A stretch of DNA of 63,686 nucleotides, counting the filler. It is 8 parts of 8 records of this genome, joined end to end, with 100 filler letters (N's around TTAATTAATTAA, not from the genome) between each part and the next. Parts side by side here need not be neighbours in the genome. Positions count along the whole stretch, not along the records: positions 16,116 to 31,734 come from SRR31156797_12216; 7 more parts are not named here. The stretch is one strand, 5' to 3'. Positions 20,901 through 31,834 of the stretch are shown one piece after another. The stretch's first letter is position 1; each line of letters opens with the position of its first letter. The position numbers and the translations under genes were made by a program. Below the pieces are notes generated by a model. That model saw nothing but the letters and a program-made list of their open reading frames with translations, did no database searches and had not been told where the DNA came from.

Positions 20901-21595
20901 TGGAAATATTGAGAACCGAAAATTTAACCAAATATTATTCGGGCAAACCAGCGATTAATGACGTATCCCTGACACTTACAACTGGCAGAATCTATGGATT
21001 GCTGGGACCTAATGGCAGCGGAAAGTCCACATTTATGAGAGCAGTTGCAGGTATCTGTAATCCGGCAAAAGGTACTATTACAATTGATGGCAGACAGCAG
21101 GATGTAGAGTCAAAGGCAGCAGTTGCATACATGCCAACTGAAAGTTACTTCTATAATTATATGTCCATTAAAGATATAAAGGAATATTATACTGACTTTT
21201 TTGATGATTTTAACAGCTTGCGATTCCTAGATACGCTGCAATTTATGCAGCTGGATGAAAAGATGAAGATAAAAAACCTCTCATCTGGTATGAATGCCAA
21301 GCTGAGAGTGGCACTGACTATGAGTCGTGATGCCAAGCTGTATATGCTGGATGAACCGCTAAATGGTATTGATTTAATTGCTCGTGAAGCTATAATGTCT
21401 ACGATAATCAGTCAGTTATCTGATAGAAATGCAATATTATTGTCCTCACACTTAATTGGTGCAATCGAGCAAATTGTTGACAGAGTAATATTCATCAAAA
21501 TGGGTAATATTGTGGTAGATGAAGATGCAGAAAAAATCCGTGAGGAAAAAAGCGAAAGCATAATGGGTCTATACAGGGAGGTATTTGCACTATGA
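20897..21595 (+). CDS. ABC transporter ATP-binding protein (YtrB-like)
   Basis: GPNGSGKS, LSSG, MLDEP, SSH. Confidence 0.93.
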   Translation: MMEILRTENLTKYYSGKPAINDVSLTLTTGRIYGLLGPNGSGKSTFMRAVAGICNPAKGTITIDGRQQDVESKAAVAYMPTESYFYNYMSIKDIKEYYTDFFDDFNSLRFLDTLQFMQLDEKMKIKNLSSGMNAKLRVALTMSRDAKLYMLDEPLNGIDLIAREAIMSTIISQLSDRNAILLSSHLIGAIEQIVDRVIFIKMGNIVVDEDAEKIREEKSESIMGLYREVFAL

Positions 21596-22377
21596 TGAAG
21601 CTGATGAAGTATGAATTGAAAAAGAGAAAGCCCTTTATAATTGGAGTAATTTCTCTGCTGGTAGCAGCTGAGATGTTGGCAATATACAATCTGTATGCAC
21701 GAGGAGGTGATACTGCACCATTTTCTGCAGTATTAAGCGGAGCAATGCTGATAGGTGTATTTGCATATACATGGCTAAGTGTAGTAGTTGATTATTATGG
21801 AGAATTTACCGGTAAGCAGAGACTTCTCCTTATGTCTATTCCACTAAGCAGCAGAAAAATAACAGGAGCTAAGTATTTATATGCTTTCTTTGAAAATCTC
21901 GCTATCCTAGCTATAACATGTGGTCTAGTGGCACTTACTAATTATCTGTGGTACCTGCAGAGCGGTACAAACTTCATTGGGATTATGTACAGTAAGGTTA
22001 TTGAAATGTTTGGTGAAGCACCTGTAGATATCACTCAATTTAATATCACTACTATTTCAATTCTTGCAGTAATTACTGTGCTTGTGCAGTATATTTTTAG
22101 TATTGTAACTGCTACCCTAGCAATAACAATAAGTACAACTGTTATTTCAGGAAGTAAGCTGAATTGGCTGATTTCAATATTGCTTTACTGGGTAATATCA
22201 TTTGTGCTGAAAATGGTCTTGATTGTACCAGCATTTATTACTGATAGTATGCAGTTAATAGATTCTGTGAATGAAGTATATGTATCTTTAGGAATCACAG
22301 TAGGTGGATATCTGATATTTATAATAGCTGAGTTTATTATTCAAAATATATTGATAACTAAGAAGCTGGATGTTTAA
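21592..22377 (+). CDS. ABC-2 type permease
   Basis: About 6 TM segments, LMSIPLSSRKITGAK; coupled to the ATPase gene. Confidence 0.8.
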   Translation: MMKLMKYELKKRKPFIIGVISLLVAAEMLAIYNLYARGGDTAPFSAVLSGAMLIGVFAYTWLSVVVDYYGEFTGKQRLLLMSIPLSSRKITGAKYLYAFFENLAILAITCGLVALTNYLWYLQSGTNFIGIMYSKVIEMFGEAPVDITQFNITTISILAVITVLVQYIFSIVTATLAITISTTVISGSKLNWLISILLYWVISFVLKMVLIVPAFITDSMQLIDSVNEVYVSLGITVGGYLIFIIAEFIIQNILITKKLDV

Positions 22378-22452
22378 TAGCAAATATATGAGATAAAGAG
22401 AAAGAGAAGCTAGATTTTCAGCTGCTCTTTTTACTTATCTGATATTATAGCA

Positions 22453-24036
22453 TTACTGCTTTTGTCTGCTTGACTTAATCAATGTAAAAATCGTAAATAC
22501 AATAAATACAGTTGCATTTAAATACAAATACCGTACATTCTGTGCTGGATTTGCTACCATATAACCAGCGGCATTAAAAAGCATTGGAGACAGTAGAACA
22601 AAGGACTTGGCTCCATGCCTTTTGATTGCTAATGGTAATAGTAAAAGGATTAAAAGCATCCACAGAGCAGGTCTCCATAAAAACAAGAGCGTTTGCCCGG
22701 AGTACAGAGGATTATATTTCTGAAAGTCAAAGACAAAGGTTAGAATAGGATCTGTAAACTTATGATTGATTTGAAAACAATCAGCAACATATGCATTTCT
22801 AGCTGATGTATACCCATAGTTAGGCACAGCCCATACTATAGCTGTAATTTTCTCATATGCTTCAAAGGCTACAGCAGGATATCTTAGAATAATTGGCATA
22901 GCCTGAGAATAATATTCATCTTTGTGATTTTGGATTTGTTCTGTATCCATTACAGCCATGAAATTGTAGTTAAACAGCCATGAGTCCATTTTGTTTGCGT
23001 TACGCTCTTTTATATAGCCATAATTGATATATTCTTCTGCAAATTTTACTTCTTGCTCACTAAGCTCAGAATACTTTTCCATTGCAATGTGTGATAACAT
23101 TACTGACGGCATAATATCAATGGTTGATGTACCTTTGATAACGTTATAGTCTCCGTGAGTTTGATATTCTGCAAATTCACATGCACCTTTGTATGCTAGG
23201 AACACCAGAATAAATGATGCGCCTATGAGCATTACTCTTTTCAGCTGTTTTTTTATTAGGTACATCAAAGCAAGTGATGCAAATACTGCTGGGATAGTAA
23301 GCAGTGCATTGAATCTGGAGCACCATGCTATAACTGATGCAATTACCAGACCAATAACATGAAAGGGTGAAATCTTATCAGACAATATCATATCAAGTAT
23401 CACCGCAGTAATAAATATCAGCGGTACTATATACGGAACATCCTTGATAACTGTAACTGAATATATAACGTTTACAGGCATCAAACTGATAACAACTACT
23501 GCAATCCATGCAATCTTCCTATTTATTCCGTTTTTCTCCATTACATAGCCAATATAGCCGTATGTAAAAGCGCAGCCAATAAGCTGCATTACTGCAACAA
23601 TGGTAAGCGAGTCCATATGCCTAGCAATGAAATCAATAAACATTGTATAGACAATAGGATGCATACTATTAAAGCTTGCAATCCTACTCTGATAGTAGAT
23701 ATAGCCTGTATCATATGGAATAATGGCTGGATACACACCCAGTAAAATGATTGTGGACATGATAACGCCAGGTATCATATACAAAAAGGTTCTGGAAAAC
23801 TTTGTAGGGTTTGTTTCAGTTTTAATTTCAAATCTGCTAACAAAATACAGAGCAATTGTTGATAACACAAACATACTAATCCATATTAAAAACCCAATAA
23901 TAATACCTACAGCCCCTTCTTTCAGGGTAAATGGTGATATGAAAATACTCTTTGAAGCAAACAGCGAAAACAGGATTAGATAAATCCATCTTCTTGCTTT
24001 ATAATTCTTTATATTATCAAATATTTTTAAGGTCAT
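22453..24036 (-). CDS. Polytopic membrane protein, probable GT-C glycosyltransferase (DUF6020-like)
   Basis: PYDT, HPIVYT, KDVPY, RFNA, RY motifs in a multi-TM protein; downstream of GT2 and DUF2304. Confidence 0.6.
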   Translation of the reverse strand: MTLKIFDNIKNYKARRWIYLILFSLFASKSIFISPFTLKEGAVGIIIGFLIWISMFVLSTIALYFVSRFEIKTETNPTKFSRTFLYMIPGVIMSTIILLGVYPAIIPYDTGYIYYQSRIASFNSMHPIVYTMFIDFIARHMDSLTIVAVMQLIGCAFTYGYIGYVMEKNGINRKIAWIAVVVISLMPVNVIYSVTVIKDVPYIVPLIFITAVILDMILSDKISPFHVIGLVIASVIAWCSRFNALLTIPAVFASLALMYLIKKQLKRVMLIGASFILVFLAYKGACEFAEYQTHGDYNVIKGTSTIDIMPSVMLSHIAMEKYSELSEQEVKFAEEYINYGYIKERNANKMDSWLFNYNFMAVMDTEQIQNHKDEYYSQAMPIILRYPAVAFEAYEKITAIVWAVPNYGYTSARNAYVADCFQINHKFTDPILTFVFDFQKYNPLYSGQTLLFLWRPALWMLLILLLLPLAIKRHGAKSFVLLSPMLFNAAGYMVANPAQNVRYLYLNATVFIVFTIFTLIKSSRQKQ

Positions 24037-24039
24037 TGT

Positions 24040-24399
24040 CTAGTTATTGTCCTTATTTTCTAATTTTTGTTTCAATTCCTGCACTTCGCTTTCAAGCAGT
24101 GCGAACTTCATTGCTAGTTCATCTGATTTTCTTTTGCTGTCCTCACGCTGAATGATTAATCTGAAAATCAGAAGGCCTAAAAAAATGATTGCAAGCAGGA
24201 AGTACATGCTGGGTGGATAATCCACACCAAATGATTTAGCTAAATTGTCCATAGATTTTGGGAAAACGGAAAGGACTATCATTATTACACAGCCAATCAT
24301 CCACAGAACACTTTCACGCTCTGGCAGACGTTTGCTGAGGGTTTGTTTCAGGATAAACGCCGAAGCGATTAGTGAAATAATCAAGAAAAATACACTCAT
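24040..24399 (-). CDS. DUF2304-family membrane protein
   Basis: 3 TM segments, FP..LAKSFGVDYPP, C-terminal coiled coil. Confidence 0.8.
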   Translation of the reverse strand: MSVFFLIISLIASAFILKQTLSKRLPERESVLWMIGCVIMIVLSVFPKSMDNLAKSFGVDYPPSMYFLLAIIFLGLLIFRLIIQREDSKRKSDELAMKFALLESEVQELKQKLENKDNN

Positions 24400-24401
24400 A
24401 A

Positions 24402-25148
24402 TTATTTCCCTTTCTTTTTATCTTTTTCAGTAAATATAGCAGCTAACAACAATGAATACAGCATCATTATCATGTATCTGATTGGATTCCATATGCCTGA
24501 ATGCATAGATTCTCCATCGGTTCTCATACGCATTTTGACAGGTGCTTCACTGACTGAATAGTCCTTTTTTAATACATAAATTAATAAATTTGCATCAGGG
24601 TATTCTGGAAAGCCTGTCATATTGGCATATGTATGGATAACGTTTTTGTCAAGGAGCTGAAATCCACTGGTAGGGTCTGATATCTTTTTGCCTGTAAAGA
24701 GCTTAATAAGCTGTGAAAAAAGAGATGTACCCATGGTTCTGAAAAATCCGTGGTTATAATCAGTCTTATTAAGAAATCTTGAGCCTATTACAATATCGCT
24801 TTTTGTTTCTTGCCGTCTTTCAAAGAGTTTATTGACTTCCGAAGCAATATGCTGTCCATCACCGTCAAACCAGATAGCATTGTCGTAATCCTTATCTAAA
24901 GCGTATTCTAATCCTGTTAACAGTGCAGCAGAATACCCCATATTATATGGATGGGATACTACTTTTGCGCCCATCTGCTGAGCTATAGTACGGGTTCTGT
25001 CCTTACTGTTATCATTGACTATTAATATATCAAAGTCTGGCAAATCATTTCTGATTTCCTCTATTACATTTGCAATATTGCCTTCCTCATTGTAGCTGGG
25101 AATGATAATTATTGTTTTATTATTATCCATATCGAATCTCTTATCCAT
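24402..25148 (-). CDS. GT2 glycosyltransferase (polyprenol-phosphate glycosyltransferase-like)
   Basis: IIPSYNEE, VNDNSKD, FDGDGQH, IGSRF, DPTSGF. Confidence 0.9.
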   Translation of the reverse strand: MDKRFDMDNNKTIIIIPSYNEEGNIANVIEEIRNDLPDFDILIVNDNSKDRTRTIAQQMGAKVVSHPYNMGYSAALLTGLEYALDKDYDNAIWFDGDGQHIASEVNKLFERRQETKSDIVIGSRFLNKTDYNHGFFRTMGTSLFSQLIKLFTGKKISDPTSGFQLLDKNVIHTYANMTGFPEYPDANLLIYVLKKDYSVSEAPVKMRMRTDGESMHSGIWNPIRYMIMMLYSLLLAAIFTEKDKKKGK

Positions 25149-25234
25149 AACAAATTTCTATTTAAACTCTTCCTAGAATACTATAGCATATATCTGACTG
25201 TCCATCAAAGAATTTGCGAATCCATATGATGGAA

Positions 25235-26197
25235 CTAAAAAGTCTTCTTATATAGTTTTCTGTTGTGAAGAACCCATACATTCTGCGAGAATGTACCAGG
25301 CTCCATAGGTTCTAGTACATTTTCCATATCATACATTCTGGCATCTATCATATCCAGATAGTGGAGTATCTCAGCCTCTGGAAACATAGGACGGCGTGGT
25401 GAGCCGAATTCTGGCTCGTAGTGATGGGACAGAATCATGTGCTGCAGCATAAATGATACTTCCTCATCTACCTCTAGCTCCTTTGCCGCTATAGCAATGG
25501 AAGATATACCCTGAGGTATGTGACCTACCAGAAGCCCTTCTCTGGAGTACTCAATAGGCATGCCGGATTCTCCTGCTGTTATCTCTGTTGTTTTGCACAA
25601 ATCGTGCAGAATAATACCTGCATACAGCAAATCACTGTTTAGCTTTGTATACACTGCTAAGAGCCCGTCAGACGCTTTAAGCATTGTAGTTGTATGATAC
25701 AAAAGCCCCGAACGGATGGAGTGGTGATTTTTCAACGCTGCAGGATGCAGTCTTAGGTGAGGTGAATATACCTTTAACATACGGATTACAATCTTTTTTA
25801 TATCAGTATTTTGTATTCTGTTCACATATTCTTTTATTGTGGAGAGCATAGTGTCAGGATCAATTGGTGCACTTGGGATAACAGACATCAGGTCATAATC
25901 ATCATTGCTGTCTGCCAGCCTGATTTTATCCATTCTTACCTGAAGCATCCCCTGCCATTCTGTAGCTAAACCTTTTAATTTAATTATATCTCCTGCAAAC
26001 GGGCATTCGTTTTCGTCAGCAACATCCCATAGCTTTGCATTGATTTCACCTGTAGAATCAGCTAGAGTATAGTCACCGTATTGTTTACCGTTACTGGATG
26101 TTTTGATGTTTCTGGATTTCACCAAATAAAAGCCCTCAACATTTGATCCTTTTGCTATGTCTGTGATTTTCATCATGGTTTGATAAGTCCTCCTCAA
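25235..26197 (-). CDS. yhaM: 3'-5' exoribonuclease YhaM (OB + HD)
   Basis: DSTGEINAKLWD, PAALKNHH, GIILHDLCK, HMILSHH, EAEILHYLD. Confidence 0.9.
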   Translation of the reverse strand: MRRTYQTMMKITDIAKGSNVEGFYLVKSRNIKTSSNGKQYGDYTLADSTGEINAKLWDVADENECPFAGDIIKLKGLATEWQGMLQVRMDKIRLADSNDDYDLMSVIPSAPIDPDTMLSTIKEYVNRIQNTDIKKIVIRMLKVYSPHLRLHPAALKNHHSIRSGLLYHTTTMLKASDGLLAVYTKLNSDLLYAGIILHDLCKTTEITAGESGMPIEYSREGLLVGHIPQGISSIAIAAKELEVDEEVSFMLQHMILSHHYEPEFGSPRRPMFPEAEILHYLDMIDARMYDMENVLEPMEPGTFSQNVWVLHNRKLYKKTF

Positions 26198-26308
26198 TTG
26201 TTAAAAAGGGATTTTCCTAAATATAATTATAGGAAAATCCCTGCAAATTACCTATACCAATAATATGGACTTTGGTACTAATAATATAACATATTTTTTA
26301 TCATTTAA

Positions 26309-27469
26309 CTACTCAATTACTAGGAAATCATGGATGTCACGCTTTGCTCTGTCTTCGTTCCAAGCAATTATATGCTCTGCTTCATAGTGAGCATCTCTCC
26401 ATGACTCAAAGTCATCATAATCGTCTTTGTCTTCAGCTTCCGTGTAGATATCATTCTTTACTTTAGCATAACTGATTAGCTCTTGACTTTCCATATCTCT
26501 CAAATATGAGGAATACATAGCCCCAGAACCAGTTCTGTATGGTATACCAATAGATTCAATAGTTACTCCTGCTTCCATCATTTCAGTAACCAAAGTAATG
26601 ATTTCACCGCCAGCCATATCTGTTTCAGCATATACTGTAGCTGCAAATACACCTGCTGGTACACTCTCTACTGGAACTGTCTTAAGCTTCTCCCATGCTT
26701 CCTGGATAACAACTCTCTGACGATAGTTTCTGGCTTCATCACCTGAAAGTGTATAGCCTGTTTCTTCGTCAACGATTGAAGTATGTCTGTCACGGGCATA
26801 TGATAATACCAGATGGTCACTTAGCTTTTGTTCACCTGTTGTTGTAATTGTACCTAGCCCTGTAATAACCTCGTTATCTATCTGAACTGCGCCTTTTGCA
26901 TATTTTAAAGTTTCAATATCTGTTTCCTGTACATTGATAGTAAGGTTAGGCAGGATGTACATTATTTGAGTAAATGCAACGAATGATACCTTTGCATAGT
27001 AGTCAATTCTTATATCAAATAAATCGTCAAGTACTTGGGCTACTTTAGATGGTCCACCTATATAATTAGCCATATTGAATGCACGCTGTTCACCGTTTAT
27101 TGTAATCTCCAAATCACGCATAAATGATACCAGCTTCATGGTCTTGTCCACTCTGTTAACCTGAAGAATCATAGTTGTATCATTACGTCCTAATCCATCT
27201 CCGTCAGATGAGTCTTCGTCAGTACCTAACAATAGAATATTTATAATATCCTGATCAATTTCCTGTGCTGTAAACATATCTAGAATATCAGCAGGATCTG
27301 GTGCTTCGGTAGCCTCTACTACAGCTCTTGTTGGTTCTGGTGTTGCTTCAGAGCTATTGTCTACAACCTGATCTGTGCTCTCCATTTCTTTTGGACCGCA
27401 GCCAGTTAATACAAATGATGCAAGAAGCACTATTATAAGTACAATTATATTAAGTTTATTTCTCTTCAT
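26309..27469 (-). CDS. LytR-CpsA-Psr (LCP) family lipoprotein
   Basis: Lipobox LTGC; NILLLGTD, RNDT, VSFMRD, YARDR, RNYRQR. Confidence 0.85.
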   Translation of the reverse strand: MKRNKLNIIVLIIVLLASFVLTGCGPKEMESTDQVVDNSSEATPEPTRAVVEATEAPDPADILDMFTAQEIDQDIINILLLGTDEDSSDGDGLGRNDTTMILQVNRVDKTMKLVSFMRDLEITINGEQRAFNMANYIGGPSKVAQVLDDLFDIRIDYYAKVSFVAFTQIMYILPNLTINVQETDIETLKYAKGAVQIDNEVITGLGTITTTGEQKLSDHLVLSYARDRHTSIVDEETGYTLSGDEARNYRQRVVIQEAWEKLKTVPVESVPAGVFAATVYAETDMAGGEIITLVTEMMEAGVTIESIGIPYRTGSGAMYSSYLRDMESQELISYAKVKNDIYTEAEDKDDYDDFESWRDAHYEAEHIIAWNEDRAKRDIHDFLVIE

Positions 27470-27622
27470 CTTTTACCTTCCTTGCCTTTGTTATACTCAT
27501 TATTAGAATAACTGCATAAACAAATATGCCATGTAATAATAACATAAACATGGCATTTTTCCAAGTACTAAAAATAAGTAATTTAAATAATTTGTAATAC
27601 TTTCTTAATTTTTGCTGATTTT

Positions 27623-27937
27623 TTACTTAGTCGCGAAGTCTTTAAGAACATTTTTTGGCATTGCACCGGATGTTTGGTCAGCTACCTGGCCGTTTTTGAA
27701 GAGAATAAATGTAGGAACTGACATAACTCTGTACTTCTGAGCTATCTCCATGGATTCATCTATATCAATCTTTGCTACCTTAACAGTACCTGATAATTCA
27801 TCTGACAACTGATCTACAACAGGGGCTACCATTTTACATGGTCCGCACCATGTTGCTGAAAAGTCGACTAGTACTGGTATACTTGCGTTTATTACTTCAT
27901 CTTGGAAGTTATCATTTGTTAAATGTAATGCTGGCAT
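27623..27937 (-). CDS. trxA: Thioredoxin
   Basis: WCGPC; ATG at 27937 after AAGGAG. Confidence 0.95.
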   Translation of the reverse strand: MPALHLTNDNFQDEVINASIPVLVDFSATWCGPCKMVAPVVDQLSDELSGTVKVAKIDIDESMEIAQKYRVMSVPTFILFKNGQVADQTSGAMPKNVLKDFATK

Positions 27938-28244
27938 AATTAACTCCTTTTGCTTTCTTATCATATTATTAACTATTACAGTTTTATGATTCGCCTATTT
28001 AAAAGATACCTTAATTTACTCTAAATATCAATAGTTGTTTATAAAACATACAAAACATATTATAATCCGCTTAGCAGAATCTATTATAATGAGATGCTGG
28101 TTAATAATTGTCCTTTTAAAGTTGTTTAGGATGTAATATAATAGCATGAATGTGCAATAAACTTTATTCTTTACATCAAATTAATTAAATAGAGATATAC
28201 AGATTATATATTGAAATGATAGCAGGCAAACGAAAGGCGAGAAA

Positions 28245-28976
28245 ATGAAAAAATACTTAATACAAGGCTTTGTTGATATCCATACCCACACAATATCCAG
28301 CGGACATGCATATTCTACAATTACTGAGATAGCAAAACATGCAGGTGAAATCGGCTTAAGCGGCGTGGCGATGACTGACCATACTCCTCTATTGCAGGGA
28401 GCTACTCACCCATTTCACTTTATAAACCTAAGCAGGATGCCAAAGGATATCCACGGCGTAAGGATACTAAAGGGAGCTGAATCCAACATATTAAATAACG
28501 ATGGCGAAGTTGATTTGGATGAATATGTTTTGGAAGAATTGGAGATAGTGCTGGCATCACTTCATCCGCAGACATATGACTTTATCAATAACAAGGATGC
28601 AACTTCTGCTCTGCTGAATACTATGGAAAATAAAAATATTAATATTATTGGGCATCCGGATGATGCAAGAATGCCGTATGACAGGGAGGCTGTAGTACGT
28701 CAGTCAAAGATAACAAATACATTTTTAGAGGTCAATTGTTCATCCTTATCACCTAACGGTTTCCGAGGGTATACCCGTGGATTAATCGTAGAGACTTTGA
28801 AAGAATGTATGAAGCAAGATGTTGCTATAGTTGTTGGCAGTGATGCCCACTACCATGCGGCAGTAGGGAAATTTGACTATGCATTTGATTTATTGGAAGA
28901 ATTGGATTTTCCGAAGGAATTGGTTATGAACCGAAGCCTTCAGACTACACTTGCTGCACTTAATTTAGAATCCTAA
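28245..28976 (+). CDS. PHP-domain phosphatase (YcdX-like)
   Basis: DIHTHT, HAYST, TDH, GHPDD, GSDAH. Confidence 0.9.
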   Translation: MKKYLIQGFVDIHTHTISSGHAYSTITEIAKHAGEIGLSGVAMTDHTPLLQGATHPFHFINLSRMPKDIHGVRILKGAESNILNNDGEVDLDEYVLEELEIVLASLHPQTYDFINNKDATSALLNTMENKNINIIGHPDDARMPYDREAVVRQSKITNTFLEVNCSSLSPNGFRGYTRGLIVETLKECMKQDVAIVVGSDAHYHAAVGKFDYAFDLLEELDFPKELVMNRSLQTTLAALNLES

Positions 28977-29707
28977 AAATCATTCTTTATAACTGCCTGA
29001 TGTGCTTTATACACACGGGTTTTATCCAAATCCTGAACATAGATTGAACCTACCATCTTTACCACATCTCCCTCTGAAACGTGGTTGGGTAGCAATTCTA
29101 TCTTGATTTTAGTATTTAAGTCATACTCATTTTGGCATACTGCATAATTACTATGCAGTTCCTTAACTAGAAGATGTCCGCCTGTAAGTGTATATGTAGC
29201 GATTTCTTTTGTGGTTCTTTTGCCAAATGCATTATGTACTTGGAGCAGGTGAACCTGCCCAATTCTTATCATTGCCATAGGTACAGATACTGTTGGTATA
29301 GGACGTATAGGCATTACATAGCTCATTGCAATATAGGGAAAATCGATGTGATCGCTTCGATTAATGCCTCTTTTGAACATTATATTCTCAATATATTGCT
29401 GCAAAGATTCCAGCTTACTTGCATTACCACGAAGTGTATACACCAGCTGAGACTTATTCCTTGGGTCAAGGTACTCTAAGTCATTACAAACAACAGTAAA
29501 AGGTACTGATTTCCTGCACACCTCTTCAAGTGCTGATTCGATAGAGTTCATAGACCTTTTATTAACGTTTTTTATATATTTTAATATTATTCTATGGTTG
29601 TCTTTCTCGATAAAGCCTCCTGAAAGGAATTTCTTTAGCTCTTGAGATGTATTATCCAGAGAATCCTTAACTTCTTGTGAAAGTTCAATTGTTACACATG
29701 CATCCAT
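28973..29707 (-). CDS. 2H-phosphoesterase (ThpR-like) domain, motifs degenerate, with DUF3006-like C-terminus
   Basis: ThpR-like layout with HRII and PYIA where HxT is expected; C-terminal LPNHVSEGDVV. Confidence 0.5.
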   Translation of the reverse strand: MDACVTIELSQEVKDSLDNTSQELKKFLSGGFIEKDNHRIILKYIKNVNKRSMNSIESALEEVCRKSVPFTVVCNDLEYLDPRNKSQLVYTLRGNASKLESLQQYIENIMFKRGINRSDHIDFPYIAMSYVMPIRPIPTVSVPMAMIRIGQVHLLQVHNAFGKRTTKEIATYTLTGGHLLVKELHSNYAVCQNEYDLNTKIKIELLPNHVSEGDVVKMVGSIYVQDLDKTRVYKAHQAVIKNDF

Positions 29708-30397
29708 TTAGTTTCTTCTGCTGCCTCTCGAAATTAATATCAGTCTGATTAGCTGCATAACAGCTACAAATAATGCCGCAACGTAAGTCATAGCTGCTGC
29801 TTTTAGTACTTTCTTTGAGCCAGCTAATTCTTCCTGAGTCATATAATTGTTTGCTCCCAAGATAGCAAGAGCTCTCTTTGAAGCATCAAATTCTACTGGA
29901 AGAGTCAGCAGCTGAAATACTACAGATAATGAAAAAGCCAGAACTCCGATAAATGCAATCTGCGGAATGGAGAATATCAAACCTATCAGTATCAAAGGCA
30001 AAACCATCTTTGAACCAATATTGGTTGCAGGAATAATGGCATTTCTTATGGTAAGAGGAACATATTCCTCGCTGTGCTGGATTGCGTGACCTACTTCATG
30101 GGCAGCAATACCTAGAGCTGCCATTGATGTAGATGAATAGACTTCGCTGGATAGTCTTACAGCGTGAGCCTTTGGGTCATAGTGGTCACTTAATCCCTGA
30201 CCTTGTGCCATCTCCACATTTACATAATTAAGACCATTGTCATCTAGGATTTTTCGTGCCAATGCAGCACCTGTCCATCCCTGATGAGTAGCATATTTCG
30301 AATATTTTTTATATGTTGACTTGACTCTTGTCTGAGCCCAGGCTGCAATAATCATTGCAGGTATCAGCAATACTATTGTCCAATCATAGTAAAACAT
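29708..30397 (-). CDS. Zinc metallopeptidase (YugP-like)
   Basis: LSDHYDP, AAHEVGHAIQ, TLPVEFDASKRAL, AAAMTYVAA. Confidence 0.92.
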   Translation of the reverse strand: MFYYDWTIVLLIPAMIIAAWAQTRVKSTYKKYSKYATHQGWTGAALARKILDDNGLNYVNVEMAQGQGLSDHYDPKAHAVRLSSEVYSSTSMAALGIAAHEVGHAIQHSEEYVPLTIRNAIIPATNIGSKMVLPLILIGLIFSIPQIAFIGVLAFSLSVVFQLLTLPVEFDASKRALAILGANNYMTQEELAGSKKVLKAAAMTYVAALFVAVMQLIRLILISRGSRRN

Positions 30398-30408
30398 TTT
30401 TTCATCTC

Positions 30409-31095
30409 CTATTTAGTACGTTTTGTTTGCCTGTTGTACCTAAACTTATGATACTTAGTAACAAAGTGGACGAAGATTGAGGATTTGCTGCACCTGAGCA
30501 CACCATCATCCATTAATGCGTTAAAAAAATCATTTGCATTCAGCCTGGTGCCTGCTGGTATCTCTACATAGGATTTACCTAATTCAAATATTGTATGTGC
30601 ATCGCTTCCGCAGGTGGCAGCCATTGTATCAGTCTGCAGTTGTCTGGCTAAGATATTATCGTCGTCAAATACATTCCTGGAATTAAATACTTCTATCAAA
30701 TCGGCTCTTGCCAGTGCCAGATTGAGAGCGGAAGGATTTAGCTTGGATGAGCGCAGTCTGCATGTAGGGTGTGGAATAAGGACAAGCCCTCCCTGAATAA
30801 TAATTGCATCAATTGTCCAGTTTATGTCTCTGCCTGATGGAATATTTTCCTTTAGGAACAGTCCTATTATCTCACCTTGCTTGGTGCGTATTTCGCTTCC
30901 TACTATTATCCTGTCAGGATATTTTTCATGAAGGATTTTTGCTCCCTCAATAGTATTATGGTCTGTAACTGCTAATCCGAAGTCCATATTCTTTCTTAAA
31001 AACTTATCTATTTTTGTAAGTTTATTGTTTGAATCTGATGAATACTCTGTATGGACATGCATGTCAATCTTTGTAAAGTTGGCTGTGTAATTCAT
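30409..31095 (-). CDS. PHP-domain metal-dependent hydrolase
   Basis: DMHVHTEYSSD, VTDHN, PHP, EVFNSR, GSDAH. Confidence 0.88.
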   Translation of the reverse strand: MNYTANFTKIDMHVHTEYSSDSNNKLTKIDKFLRKNMDFGLAVTDHNTIEGAKILHEKYPDRIIVGSEIRTKQGEIIGLFLKENIPSGRDINWTIDAIIIQGGLVLIPHPTCRLRSSKLNPSALNLALARADLIEVFNSRNVFDDDNILARQLQTDTMAATCGSDAHTIFELGKSYVEIPAGTRLNANDFFNALMDDGVLRCSKSSIFVHFVTKYHKFRYNRQTKRTK

Positions 31096-31098
31096 ATA

Positions 31099-31722
31099 TC
31101 AGCTAAGTTCCTCGTAGTTTTCGTGCTCTACCATTTCCCATCTGTCCATGGGCCATGTGATGGCAGCTACTTTGCCTAAGATCATATCTTCATAGTCTAG
31201 TGCTCCGATATAACGGGAATCTCTACTGTGATTTCTATTGTCACCCATTACAAAAACACAACCTTCAGGTACTGTGATTTCGCTGAAATCAGATGTCATT
31301 ATTTCATTAATGTAATCTTCTTCGATTTCAACACCATTTATTATAAGTTTACTGTTTCTTATTTCAATTGTATCTCCCTGTAGACCAATTACTCTTTTTA
31401 CATATTTATCGAAGCTGTTGGGATATTTTGTGATAACAATATCTCCTCTAGATACATCCTCAATTGATTTATATGCCATTCTAGAGCACCATACTCTCTC
31501 TCCATCGTGAAGAGTAGACTCCATTGAGTATCCATCTACTTTTACCATATGACCTACATAATTGAAGATGACAAGAACTATAGCAACTGCAATAATTATC
31601 GAAACTATCCACTCCATAATTTCTCTTGCTATGGCTTCATCCCTTTGCTCTTTTGTCATATCTGGTGTTATTAACTTTTTGTTTTTGCTATTGCTCATGT
31701 TGATTCCTTGTATACTGTACAT
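31099..31722 (-). CDS. lepB: Signal peptidase I
   Basis: GYSMESTL, YVKRVIG, GDNRNHSRDSR. Confidence 0.93.
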   Translation of the reverse strand: MYSIQGINMSNSKNKKLITPDMTKEQRDEAIAREIMEWIVSIIIAVAIVLVIFNYVGHMVKVDGYSMESTLHDGERVWCSRMAYKSIEDVSRGDIVITKYPNSFDKYVKRVIGLQGDTIEIRNSKLIINGVEIEEDYINEIMTSDFSEITVPEGCVFVMGDNRNHSRDSRYIGALDYEDMILGKVAAITWPMDRWEMVEHENYEELS

Positions 31723-31834
31723 ATCGTTAAATATNNNNNNNNNNNNNNNNNNNNNNNNNNNNNNNNNNNNNNNNNNNNTTAATTAATTAANNNNNNNNNN
31801 NNNNNNNNNNNNNNNNNNNNNNNNNNNNNNNNNN

